A stretch of DNA of 32,000 nucleotides, from contig JAMOQH010000182.1 of the NCBI GenBank assembly GCA_027064085.1, positions 6,849 through 38,848 of the forward strand, given 5' to 3'. Positions 8,872 to 17,766 of the stretch are shown here, piece after piece. This DNA is from a bacterium. GTDB lineage: Bacteria > UBP6 > JAFGXH01. The notes beneath the pieces are model-generated. The model searched no databases, had not been told where the DNA came from, and worked only from the letters and a program-made list of their open reading frames with translations. Position 1 is the stretch's first letter, and each line of letters begins with the position of its first letter. The position numbers and the translations under genes were made by a program.

Positions 8872-9731
8872 TGGAAAAGTTTTTTGAAAAATTATTAAAT
8901 ATAGATAGAAAAATAATATTTTTACTTATTGCTTTGTCTACATCCGTACCTTTGTTTTATTTTTATCCTCAAAAGATTATTGCAAATAAAGCATCAAGAA
9001 AATATAATGATGCTATAAATAAATTAGAAGAAAAAACTAAAAAAGGGGAAGAAGTTGTTGTTCTTATCTCTGGTGAATATGATCCTGGTACAGTACCTGA
9101 GTTATCTCCAATGGCAAGAGCAACAATTAAAAAATTATTAGATATGAAAGTTAAAATTATTATTATGGGGCTTGTTCCTATGGGGCCGCCATTGTTAATG
9201 GAAGAATTTAATGAGTTATTAAAAGAACCTAAATATTCTGATGTTAAATATGGTATAGACTATGTTAATTTGGGATATACAGTCGGTAATGCTGTTGTTA
9301 TTAAAGGTATGGTTAAAAATATAAAAGATAAATATCCTGTAGATGTTATGGGTACAGACTTAAATGAACTTCCACTTATGAGAAAAGTTAAAAACTTTGA
9401 TAACATAGATATGATAGTTAATTTTTCCTCTATGGGTGGTGGAGTTAAAACATGGATACAGTTTGCTAAAAAGACAACTGAAGAAAGTATGGACATCGTC
9501 TTTGGTTGTACTGGAGTTATGGTTCCTGAATCATATCCATATTTAAATTCAGGGCAAATTCAAGGTTTGTTAGGTGGATTAAAAGGTGCTGCTGATTATG
9601 AATCATTAATTAAAGAGCCTAAAAATGCAACAAAGTATATTTTTGCTCAGTCTATTGCACATGTTATCATTATGCTTTTTATTATTATTGGTAATATAGC
9701 ATTTTTTGTAACAAGAAAGAAAAGAGTTTAG
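8871..9731 (+). CDS. Bitopic membrane protein (TM helix at each end, alpha/beta-like central domain), function unknown
   Basis: The start shares a TAATG overlap with the upstream stop and is preceded by AGGAGGTGA. The TM helices are IIFLLIALSTSVPLFYF and IAHVIIMLFIIIGNIAFFV. Confidence 0.75.
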   Translation: MEKFFEKLLNIDRKIIFLLIALSTSVPLFYFYPQKIIANKASRKYNDAINKLEEKTKKGEEVVVLISGEYDPGTVPELSPMARATIKKLLDMKVKIIIMGLVPMGPPLLMEEFNELLKEPKYSDVKYGIDYVNLGYTVGNAVVIKGMVKNIKDKYPVDVMGTDLNELPLMRKVKNFDNIDMIVNFSSMGGGVKTWIQFAKKTTEESMDIVFGCTGVMVPESYPYLNSGQIQGLLGGLKGAADYESLIKEPKNATKYIFAQSIAHVIIMLFIIIGNIAFFVTRKKRV

Positions 9732-9741
9732 GAGGATATAA

Positions 9742-10374
9742 ATGAGTACTGAAATAGGAATTTGGGTAGCAGGTTTTTTAACATTAGCAATAATGTCCTT
9801 CTTGTATAAAGATAATCCTGTTTACAAAGCAGCGGAGGCAATATTTTTAGGCGTTTCTGCTGGTTACTGGACAGTTTATATGTTTTTTAATGTAGTAAAG
9901 CCATTATTAATAGATAATTTAGTTAAGGGCAATTTTTGGTATTTAATACCATTGGTATTAGGCCTTATGATGCTCGCAAGGCTTCTTCCTAATATTGGGT
10001 GGATTTCAAGATGGCCACTTGCCTTTGTTATTGGTATTACCGCAGGATTAAACTTTTACGCTTTTCTTGCTTCTGATGTTATAGGGCAAATTGAAGGTGC
10101 AATTAAGCCGTTAAATAACTGGGGTGGTGAACATCTGCTTAAGAGTCAAGGGCTTTGGAATACTCTTGCATCAATTGGGGTTATATCAACTCTAGTTTAT
10201 TTCTTTTTCTCAAAAGAACATAAGGGATTATTTGGTAAAACCGCTGGAATTGGTATTTTATTTATTATGGTCGGATTTGGTGGTTCATTTGGATATACCG
10301 TTATGGCAAGGATATCGTTATTAATTGGTAGAATGTATTTTATCTTTTCTACATGGTTAGGCCTAGCAAGTTAG
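9742..10374 (+). CDS. Polytopic integral membrane protein (about 5-6 TM), function unknown
   Basis: AGGAGG lies 6 nt upstream. The sequence is hydrophobic almost throughout. Confidence 0.75.
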   Translation: MSTEIGIWVAGFLTLAIMSFLYKDNPVYKAAEAIFLGVSAGYWTVYMFFNVVKPLLIDNLVKGNFWYLIPLVLGLMMLARLLPNIGWISRWPLAFVIGITAGLNFYAFLASDVIGQIEGAIKPLNNWGGEHLLKSQGLWNTLASIGVISTLVYFFFSKEHKGLFGKTAGIGILFIMVGFGGSFGYTVMARISLLIGRMYFIFSTWLGLAS

Positions 10375-10377
10375 TAA

Positions 10378-11043
10378 ATGTTTTCTTTTCCGAAATTAAC
10401 TAAATTAGCTAAAATATTAATTATTCTGAATGTTATTTTATGGGTAATTGAAGTAATTTTACTTAGAACTTCGTATTCCGATATTATAACTTCTATGTTT
10501 TTGACTCCTAAAGATGTTATGGGGGGGAAGGTTTGGCAATTATTAACTTATAGCTTTTTTCATTCACCTAATAATATTTTTCATCTAGTTTTAAATATGC
10601 TTGTGTTGTATTTCTTTTCTTATGATTTAGAAATTAAATGGGGTAAAAGGCGCTTTGTATTTTTTTATTTAATATCAGCATTGGTTGGAGGTATTTTTGT
10701 TGTATTAGAATCACTTTTTTTTATTACCAGCCATTATACTATTCCAACTTTAGGAGCAAGTGCTTCAATTTTTGCCCTAACAACGGCCTATGCACTATCT
10801 TATTCTAACAGAGAGATTTATTTTTTTATCTTTCCAATAAAAGCGAAATATCTAATTCATATTGATTTGGCTATAATTATCTTAAGTTATTTGTCAATTT
10901 CTAGCTCAAATATTTCTAATGCTGCTCATTTAGGTGGTATGTTTTCTGCATTTATGCTTATTAAGTTGCCTTGGTATAAATTATTTAAAAGAAAGGTTCA
11001 TAAAAAAGAAAAAGTTACTGAATATTTAAGAAGAGTTAAATAA
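10378..11043 (+). CDS. Rhomboid-family intramembrane serine protease
   Basis: Signature motifs are WQLLTYSFFH, GASASIF (the GxSx catalytic Ser helix) and AAHLGGMFSAF (the catalytic His helix). Six hydrophobic helices are present. It starts 3 nt after the previous stop. Confidence 0.85.
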   Translation: MFSFPKLTKLAKILIILNVILWVIEVILLRTSYSDIITSMFLTPKDVMGGKVWQLLTYSFFHSPNNIFHLVLNMLVLYFFSYDLEIKWGKRRFVFFYLISALVGGIFVVLESLFFITSHYTIPTLGASASIFALTTAYALSYSNREIYFFIFPIKAKYLIHIDLAIIILSYLSISSSNISNAAHLGGMFSAFMLIKLPWYKLFKRKVHKKEKVTEYLRRVK

Positions 11044-11195
11044 TGGAAAGAAGGGAGTTTTTTAAAATTATATTTTTAATGTTTTTAGCTTTTTCTAATA
11101 TTTTTAGTAAAAATATTAGAAAAAGAAATAATATAAAATCAAAAATAGATAAATTAGCTCCTAATGCTAATGAAGACTATTATCTTTACCTATAA
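11043..11195 (+). CDS. Possible 50-aa single-pass membrane mini-protein (MERREFFKIIFLMFLAFSNIF..)
   Basis: Read by hand; it is below the ORF-track length cutoff. Its ATG shares the A of the rhomboid TAA stop (TAATG). It has one hydrophobic helix after an RR-E-F-F-K motif and a basic tail. The call rests only on coupling geometry and plausibility. Confidence 0.3.
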   Translation: MERREFFKIIFLMFLAFSNIFSKNIRKRNNIKSKIDKLAPNANEDYYLYL

Positions 11196-11228
11196 AGCTA
11201 GTCTTTTTTAATCTTTTATCAATATTTG

Positions 11229-11256
11229 TTGACAGATAAAAATTTTATGTTAAAAT
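11229..11256 (+). promoter_or_regulatory. Sigma-70 promoter with extended -10
   Basis: TTGACA (11229-11234) is followed by a 16-nt spacer ending in TGT, then TAAAAT (11251-11256). It lies 24 nt upstream of the AAGGA-preceded ATG at 11280. Confidence 0.45.
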
Positions 11257-11279
11257 ATAGCTTATGTATTAAGGATGCT

Positions 11280-12122
11280 ATGAAAAAAATATTTTTATCA
11301 TTAATTTTACTTAATTCAATTGTGTTATATGCATTAACGCCAAAAGAGGAGTTTAATAAGGCTAAAAATTACTTTAATTTTGGTAACTATGATAGAACTA
11401 TTTCAATTTTAAAAAAGAATATTGTGAAACTAGAAAATAAAGATGATAAAATTGAAGGACTAAAACTTTTAGGAGCATCTTTATTTTTTAAAAATAAAAA
11501 AGAAGAATCAAAAAAACAATTCAGAGAACTACTTAGTATTTATGATAAAGTTGTTTTGGATTCTCTAATCTACCCTCCACCACTAATAACTTTTTTTAAT
11601 AAAATAAAAAAAGAGTTTATTGTAAAAAATAACATGATGAAAGATATTATCAAGAAAGATAAAAAGAAAAAAGAAGATGCTAAAAAACAGATTGTAATAA
11701 AAGAAATAAAATTTAAAGAAATTCATGAGGTAAAAACGACTATAGAAAAAAACTCATATTTTATGGCAATTGCTCCATTTGGTTATGCTCAGTACAGAAA
11801 CAATCAAAAAGGAAAAGCATATATGTTTTTAACAGCAGAATCTATTCTTTTAGCAAGTAATATTGTTAGTTATTTGTTAACTTATAATTTAAAAGACAAA
11901 AATGGATATTACACAGGTAGTAATAAAACAAAAGCAGAGGTTTATAACACTATTACAAAATATACATTTATTGCGTTTATTTCTTTTGTTGCCTATGGTG
12001 CAATTGATGGAACAATAAACTATAAGCCAATTTTTGAAACCAATATCATAAAGATAAAAAATAAACCTATAAGAATTAGTTTTTTAAATGGTAGTTTTAT
12101 ATCTTTTAAATACGATTTCTAG
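11280..12122 (+). CDS. Secreted/membrane protein, TPR-like N-terminal part, Lys-rich linker, two C-terminal TM helices
   Basis: ORF track 11226-12122. That start lies inside the promoter, so I prefer the ATG at 11280 (AAGGA upstream). It gives the signal peptide [18 protein letters not shown]. Confidence 0.65.
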   Translation: MKKIFLSLILLNSIVLYALTPKEEFNKAKNYFNFGNYDRTISILKKNIVKLENKDDKIEGLKLLGASLFFKNKKEESKKQFRELLSIYDKVVLDSLIYPPPLITFFNKIKKEFIVKNNMMKDIIKKDKKKKEDAKKQIVIKEIKFKEIHEVKTTIEKNSYFMAIAPFGYAQYRNNQKGKAYMFLTAESILLASNIVSYLLTYNLKDKNGYYTGSNKTKAEVYNTITKYTFIAFISFVAYGAIDGTINYKPIFETNIIKIKNKPIRISFLNGSFISFKYDF

Positions 12123-12130
12123 GAGTAAAC

Positions 12131-13897
12131 ATGCCCTCTTTAAAGGTTAGTTTTAGTAATTCAGATCAAACATTAATCTTTCCTATTTTTAAAAAGTTAA
12201 CAACAATAGGAAATGATATAGATAATGATATATATATACCAGATATAACAATGTCTCCTTTACATGCTAATATTTTGTTTGATGGAGATAATTATTATCT
12301 TCACTCTATAAATAAGTCTCAAATATATTTTAATAAAAAGAAAACTAAAAAGCATAAGTTTTCAGAATATGATAAATTTATAATGGGAGCAACCATATTT
12401 GAGTTTATTCTACGAGACGAAGAGTTGGTTGAAGATTATGATAAAACAGTAGTAGACCAAAATATATATAAAAAGCTTTTAGAATTAAGTGATAGTATTC
12501 TTGAAATTAAAGAATTTGATATGTTACTTGAAAAATTACTTGATATGATAATATCTTTAGTGCAAGCAGAAAAGGGTTACATTTTAATATTTAAAGGAAA
12601 AGATATTGTTTCTGCTGCTGCAAGAAATATAAAAAAAGAAAATATTGGTAATCCACTAAGAGAACTATCCGATTCTATAATTGCCAAAGTGATAGAATCA
12701 GGAAAACCCATTATTATTAGTGATGCGTTAAATGATACAATATTTGGAAGTTCAAAATCTATAATTAATTTAAAATTAAGCTCTGTTTTATCTGCTCCTT
12801 TAAAGTCAGGTAGTGATTTAATAGGTTTAATCTATCTAGGTAATAATAGTGTTACTCACCTTTTTGAACATGAATCACTAGAAGCTCTAACTATTTTTGC
12901 GGCTCTTACTTCTCTAATTGTTCAAAATGCTTTTCTATTAAATCAATTAGATATAAAAAATGATGATAAGTTTAAAATGAAATATGGGAATATTATTGGC
13001 TCAAGCCCTAAAATGAAAGCAGTTTTTGATAAAATTGATAAAGTGGCACCTACTGATATATCTGTATTAATAACGGGAGAAACAGGTACAGGAAAAGAGT
13101 TGGTTGCTCAAGAAATTCATCATAACAGTGATAGAAGTGATAAGCCTTTTATTATTGTCAACTGTGCTGCTATTCCTGAAAATTTAATGGAGTCTGAATT
13201 TTTTGGTCATAAAAAAGGTTCTTTTACCTCTGCTGTTTCAGATAGTAAGGGTAAATTCCTTTCTGCAAATACTGGTACAATTTTCTTAGATGAAATTGGA
13301 GAAATGCCTTTAAGTTTGCAAGCTAAACTTTTAAGAGTTTTACAAGAAAAGATAGTGACACCGGTTGGCGATACAATAGAGCACTATGTTGATGTTAGGG
13401 TTATTGCGGCAACAAATAAAAACTTACCAGAAGAGGTGATAAAAGGTCGTTTTAGAGAAGATTTACTTTATAGATTAAATGTTATTCAGATTGAAATACC
13501 TCCATTGTCTCAAAGAGATGATGATATTGAAATTTTAGCTAAATACTTTTTAAATAAATTTTCTCAAAAATATAAAAAGAAAGTTGTTGGATTTTCTCCT
13601 AAAGCAATTGAAATAATGAAAAAATATTCATGGTTTGGAAATGTTAGAGAATTAGAAAATAAAGTAAAAAAAGCTGTAGTTTTATCAGATAAGGTACATA
13701 TTACTGAAGAATTACTTGGTATTACTGATAAGGCTATGGAAGGAATAAAACCATTAAGTATTGCAAAACAAGAATTTCAAAAAGAATATATTATGAATGC
13801 CCTTAATAAAAACAATGGGAATAAGGCTAAAACAGCAAGAGAATTAGAGATTGATGTAAGAACTATTTTTAGATATTTGGAAAAAACAATGCCATAA
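12131..13897 (+). CDS. Sigma-54-dependent transcriptional activator (bEBP) with FHA and GAF sensory domains and a Fis-type HTH
   Basis: AGGAG lies upstream. The N-terminus is FHA-like (..[26 protein letters not shown]..). A GAF-like region follows. The AAA+ core has Walker [16 protein letters not shown], a GAFTGA-loop variant GSFTSA, Walker B IFLDEIGE and RVIAATN. The C-terminal HTH is ..[21 protein letters not shown]. Confidence 0.9.
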   Translation: MPSLKVSFSNSDQTLIFPIFKKLTTIGNDIDNDIYIPDITMSPLHANILFDGDNYYLHSINKSQIYFNKKKTKKHKFSEYDKFIMGATIFEFILRDEELVEDYDKTVVDQNIYKKLLELSDSILEIKEFDMLLEKLLDMIISLVQAEKGYILIFKGKDIVSAAARNIKKENIGNPLRELSDSIIAKVIESGKPIIISDALNDTIFGSSKSIINLKLSSVLSAPLKSGSDLIGLIYLGNNSVTHLFEHESLEALTIFAALTSLIVQNAFLLNQLDIKNDDKFKMKYGNIIGSSPKMKAVFDKIDKVAPTDISVLITGETGTGKELVAQEIHHNSDRSDKPFIIVNCAAIPENLMESEFFGHKKGSFTSAVSDSKGKFLSANTGTIFLDEIGEMPLSLQAKLLRVLQEKIVTPVGDTIEHYVDVRVIAATNKNLPEEVIKGRFREDLLYRLNVIQIEIPPLSQRDDDIEILAKYFLNKFSQKYKKKVVGFSPKAIEIMKKYSWFGNVRELENKVKKAVVLSDKVHITEELLGITDKAMEGIKPLSIAKQEFQKEYIMNALNKNNGNKAKTARELEIDVRTIFRYLEKTMP

Positions 13898-13918
13898 ATG
13901 TCTTGTATTAAGGTGAAA

Positions 13919-14494
13919 ATGCTTAAAATTGGCTTAAAAACTATGGAAAAAATAATGCAACAAGTATTAATGTTGTTTTTATGGAGTATTCTCTTTATGA
14001 ATATAAATTCTTGTATGCCTATTGATATTTCCACACCACCTTTTGAGCAAGAGAATTTTGCACCAATGATAGTGTCTGTAACGCCTGATCCCTTTGCTGG
14101 AGCTTATAACTTTTCAGAGTTAAGTTCTAATAAAATAATAGTTAAAGTGATAGACTTGAATATTAATGATACTTTAACTTTAGGTTGGTATGTTAAAGAT
14201 GTAAATAATCAATTAGAAGTTCCATATAAGAATTCAATAATAAGAAAAGCAACTGATGATGAAACAGATTCAGAGGCAATATTTAGTTTTGAATTAAAAG
14301 AAGATTATCTTGTTTGTGGAGTCAATAGAGTTATTTTGCTAGTTTCAGATAGAGGTTTAAAAGATGGTGGATTGTCAGGAGAGGACGATTATCCGTATCC
14401 TAGTAAATTTGAAATACTAAAAGATGAAATAAATGCAAATAAAGTAAAAATAGATTTAAGAGAATGGATTATTAGAAAAGAGTGTTCAGAATGA
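13919..14494 (+). CDS. Hypothetical lipoprotein with Ig/cadherin-like beta domain
   Basis: ORF track 13898-14494. The start is uncertain among ATGs at 13898, 13919, 13943 and 13955. The signal peptide ends ..LFMNINSC (lipobox-like). Confidence 0.6.
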   Translation: MLKIGLKTMEKIMQQVLMLFLWSILFMNINSCMPIDISTPPFEQENFAPMIVSVTPDPFAGAYNFSELSSNKIIVKVIDLNINDTLTLGWYVKDVNNQLEVPYKNSIIRKATDDETDSEAIFSFELKEDYLVCGVNRVILLVSDRGLKDGGLSGEDDYPYPSKFEILKDEINANKVKIDLREWIIRKECSE

Positions 14495-16107
14495 GATTAA
14501 TATATTTTTTTATAATTATAATAATAATGAGTTCATGCTCCCTTATTGAAAAGGATAGTTCAACTAAGATTGATTTAACTCATTGCGAAGAAAATAGCGA
14601 TTGTTTAAAAGATGAAATTTGTGATGCGAGCTATTGTGTATCAAGTAAGATTGAAAATAGCAAAGCTTTTTTTGATTTAAAATTTATACCTCAAAATAAT
14701 TTAAATAAAAGTAAATATTATCATTCATTTAGTACAAATGTTTTAAATGGAGAGGATTTAAAAGAAAGCAATAGATTTAATATAGAAGTGTCAAATTATG
14801 TCGAATTTTCTGGAGAAATAAGGAATAATAGACAAATGGATTTGTCCTACAATTTAATACTTTATGATGAAGAAAATGATATTAGATTCTACGCTCATTC
14901 GTATAAAGATGGGGAAAAAACATATTTTCACTTTAAAATTCCAGATGGAGCTTATTCTTTAAGAGTTTATCCTAGTGATTTCTATCCTCCTTTTACTATA
15001 GATATTGATGAAATAAGTTCTAGTAATAAAGATAATTTAATAATTGTTGATAGGGAAATTGATTCTAAGAACTATTCAAATATTTTAGGTGCAATAAAAG
15101 TGAGTATTGATGATTCTATATATTTTCCTTATGATTATAAAGTATATGCTTTTGTTCAAAAAAATAATTCAGAAATTATTATCTCTAATAAATTCACTTG
15201 TAATGAAGATTGTGAGAATTTTAAATTAACTATTTTGAATACAGAAGAAGATGTTTATTTAAAAGTAACTTTAGACTTATTAGAAAATATTGAATTTAAA
15301 ATACCGATTAAAGATATTGACGATATGACTGATGGAGGAGTTGAAATTGATTTAGGAGATTTTTATCGTTCTAATTCAAATAAAATAATTTTATCAGGGG
15401 AGTGCGAGGAAATACTTAAGAATATTGAAATAGAAGTATCGGGTTCAATTGGTAAATATGCAAAATATAAAAATTCATTTAACTATAGTTGTGATTCAAC
15501 TAGTTGTAATAATAAATTTAATTTATATGAAGGAAACTATAATATATTTATTAAACCAAGTCTTGATTCTTGTTATAAGTCAAAATTTCTAAATATTGAT
15601 TTAAAAAGAGAAGCAAGTGATATTAGAATTAATTTGGATAAAAAGAAATTAATTTCTGGTATTTTGATTTCTACAACTGGTTCATCAATAGAAGGGGTAG
15701 TTACTTTTACTAGGAAAGATAATTCATTAAGTGATTTTATAGTGGTAGTGAATTCAAACGAAAAAGGTGAATTTAATGTATTATTAGAGCCTGGAGAGTA
15801 TGATGTTTTTATAAAACCACAGAACTCTTCTATAAATAGTTCAAATTGGATTTATTTAAATCAAAGAATAACAGTAAATACTAATGATTTATTATATCTT
15901 ATTCCAAGGTCTTATAAAATCCCCTTATATTTATATGCTCAAGGTAATAAACCATTAGCACAAGCACAAGTAACAATGAATTTACATAATTTAGATGAAG
16001 TGTTTTCTGATGACAATGGATACTTATATCCAGAGTCATATCCCCTATATGAATCAATTACTGATTCTGAAGGAAAATTTATACTTTCTGTTCCAATAAT
16101 AGAATAA
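14491..16107 (+). CDS. Hypothetical Cys-containing lipoprotein with carboxypeptidase-regulatory-like beta-sandwich repeats
   Basis: ORF track 14482 (GTG). I prefer the ATG at 14491, which forms an ATGA overlap with the upstream stop. The signal is MRLIYFFIIIIIMSSC (lipobox). The segment ..GILISTTGSSIEGVVTFTRKDN..GEFNVLLEPGEYDVFIKP is typical of CarboxypepD_reg-like folds. Confidence 0.7.
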   Translation: MRLIYFFIIIIIMSSCSLIEKDSSTKIDLTHCEENSDCLKDEICDASYCVSSKIENSKAFFDLKFIPQNNLNKSKYYHSFSTNVLNGEDLKESNRFNIEVSNYVEFSGEIRNNRQMDLSYNLILYDEENDIRFYAHSYKDGEKTYFHFKIPDGAYSLRVYPSDFYPPFTIDIDEISSSNKDNLIIVDREIDSKNYSNILGAIKVSIDDSIYFPYDYKVYAFVQKNNSEIIISNKFTCNEDCENFKLTILNTEEDVYLKVTLDLLENIEFKIPIKDIDDMTDGGVEIDLGDFYRSNSNKIILSGECEEILKNIEIEVSGSIGKYAKYKNSFNYSCDSTSCNNKFNLYEGNYNIFIKPSLDSCYKSKFLNIDLKREASDIRINLDKKKLISGILISTTGSSIEGVVTFTRKDNSLSDFIVVVNSNEKGEFNVLLEPGEYDVFIKPQNSSINSSNWIYLNQRITVNTNDLLYLIPRSYKIPLYLYAQGNKPLAQAQVTMNLHNLDEVFSDDNGYLYPESYPLYESITDSEGKFILSVPIIE

Positions 16108-16228
16108 AACCAAATAAAAAAATATTTTGTGAACTAATTTCAAAATTAAAGAAAAAAATGAAATATTTTATTAATTTATAATAAAAATAATGACTTTAAA
16201 AAAAAATTATGTTATTACAAAAATACGG

Positions 16229-16266
16229 TTGAACCACTTTAGATATTCTTATAATACAAAGTGGTT
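16229..16266 (+). promoter_or_regulatory. gdhA promoter region with a perfect 9-bp inverted repeat bracketing the -10 box
   Basis: TATAAT is at 16250-16255 and a possible -35 TTGAAC at 16229-16234, giving a short 15-nt spacer. AACCACTTT (16232-16240) and AAAGTGGTT (16258-16266) are exact reverse complements. Confidence 0.45.
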
Positions 16267-16294
16267 ACTTTATTATTTTTTATTAGGAGGCATA

Positions 16295-17635
16295 ATGAAA
16301 AGTTATGTTGAATCTGTTATCAATGGCTTAAAGAAGAGAAATTCTGAACAACCAGAATTCCTTCAAGCTGTAAGTGAAGTTTTACCATCTTTAATTCCTG
16401 TTCTAGAAAGAAATCCTATTTATAAAGAACACAAGATATTAGAGAGACTTACGGAGCCAGACAGAGTTATCATGTTTAAAGTACCTTGGATGGATGATAG
16501 AGGTGAATATCATGTAAATAGGGGCTTTAGAGTACAATTTAATAATGCGATTGGACCTTATAAAGGTGGTTTAAGATTTCATGATTCTGTTAATCTTGGA
16601 ATTTTAAAATTCTTAGGTTTTGAACAAATTTTTAAGAACAGTCTTACTACTTTACCTATGGGTGGTGGAAAAGGTGGTTCTGATTTTACTATTAGAGGCA
16701 AATCTGATTCTGAAGTTATGCGTTTTGCACAAAGTTTTATGACTGAATTATATAAATATATTGGGCCAAATATTGATGTTCCTGCTGGAGATATTGGTGT
16801 TGGAGGAAGAGAAATAGGATATTTATATGGTCAGTATAAAAGATTAACTAATTCTTTTGAGGGCGTGTTAACTGGAAAAGGATTAAATTGGGGTGGAAGT
16901 TTGGTAAGACCTGAAGCTACTGGTTTTGGTAATGTTTACTTTGCTAAGGAAATGCTTGCTACTAAAGGTGAAAGCTTTGATGGTAAAACTGTTTTAGTTT
17001 CTGGTTTTGGCAATGTTGCATGGGGAGCTGTTAGAAAAGCTACAGAACTTGGAGCAAAAGTTGTTACTTTATCTGGTCCTGATGGATTTATTTATGATAA
17101 AGATGGAATTAGTGGTGAAAAAATTGATTACATGCTTTATATGAGAGCAAGTGGTGTTGATAAAGTTCAACCTTTTGCTGATAAATTTGGCGTTGAATTT
17201 CATGCAGGTAAAAAACCTTGGGGAGTTAAAGCTGATATTGCCTTGCCTTGTGCTACTCAAAATGAAATTTACCTTAAAGATGCAAAAGAACTTGTTAAAA
17301 ATGGCGTTATATGTGTTTCCGAGGGTGCAAATATGCCAACAACTATTGATGCAACTAATTATTTTCTTGAAAACAATATCCTTTTTGGCCCAGGAAAAGC
17401 ATCTAATGCAGGTGGTGTTGCAACTAGTGGTTTAGAAATGTCTCAAAACAGTTTAAGATATGGTTGGGATGCAAAAACTGTAGATGAAAAATTACATAAT
17501 ATAATGAAAAATATTCATGCTACTGCAAAACAAACAGCTGAGGAATATGGTACTCCAGGTAACTATGTAAATGGTGCAAATATTGCAGGATTTGTAAAAG
17601 TTGCTAATTCTATGATAGATCAAGGTTTGGTATAA
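16295..17635 (+). CDS. gdhA: NAD(P)-specific glutamate dehydrogenase
   Basis: ORF track 16190-17635. The ATG at 16295 is preceded by AGGAGG (16285-16290) and gives the usual ~446-aa length. Motifs are KGGLRFH and LPMGGGKGGSDF (catalytic Lys region), plus GFGNVAW in the dinucleotide-binding fold. Confidence 0.95.
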   Translation: MKSYVESVINGLKKRNSEQPEFLQAVSEVLPSLIPVLERNPIYKEHKILERLTEPDRVIMFKVPWMDDRGEYHVNRGFRVQFNNAIGPYKGGLRFHDSVNLGILKFLGFEQIFKNSLTTLPMGGGKGGSDFTIRGKSDSEVMRFAQSFMTELYKYIGPNIDVPAGDIGVGGREIGYLYGQYKRLTNSFEGVLTGKGLNWGGSLVRPEATGFGNVYFAKEMLATKGESFDGKTVLVSGFGNVAWGAVRKATELGAKVVTLSGPDGFIYDKDGISGEKIDYMLYMRASGVDKVQPFADKFGVEFHAGKKPWGVKADIALPCATQNEIYLKDAKELVKNGVICVSEGANMPTTIDATNYFLENNILFGPGKASNAGGVATSGLEMSQNSLRYGWDAKTVDEKLHNIMKNIHATAKQTAEEYGTPGNYVNGANIAGFVKVANSMIDQGLV

Positions 17636-17766
17636 ACTTTTCATAACCAGTAAACTGTTTATTACAAGTATCGTTCAACTAATAGAAAATGTAAAATTTT
17701 ATATTATTTTCACTCTTATAAATTAATCGAGGTTTAATTTATGATTTAGTATGACAATGGATATAT

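Noticed and set aside
13044-13058. Exact TGGCAC hexamer (possible sigma-54 -24 box)
   Set aside because: It is followed after 5 nt by GATA rather than TTGC. It also lies in the middle of the activator coding sequence with no gene start downstream.
16190-16294. Long N-terminal extension of gdhA in the ORF track (and similar extensions at 11226, 13898, 18424, 28454, 2285, 2637, 1643, 14482)
   Set aside because: The extensions run through promoter or operator sequence or lack an SD. Internal ATGs carry AGGAGG-type boxes and give family-typical N-termini or signal peptides, so I used the internal starts.
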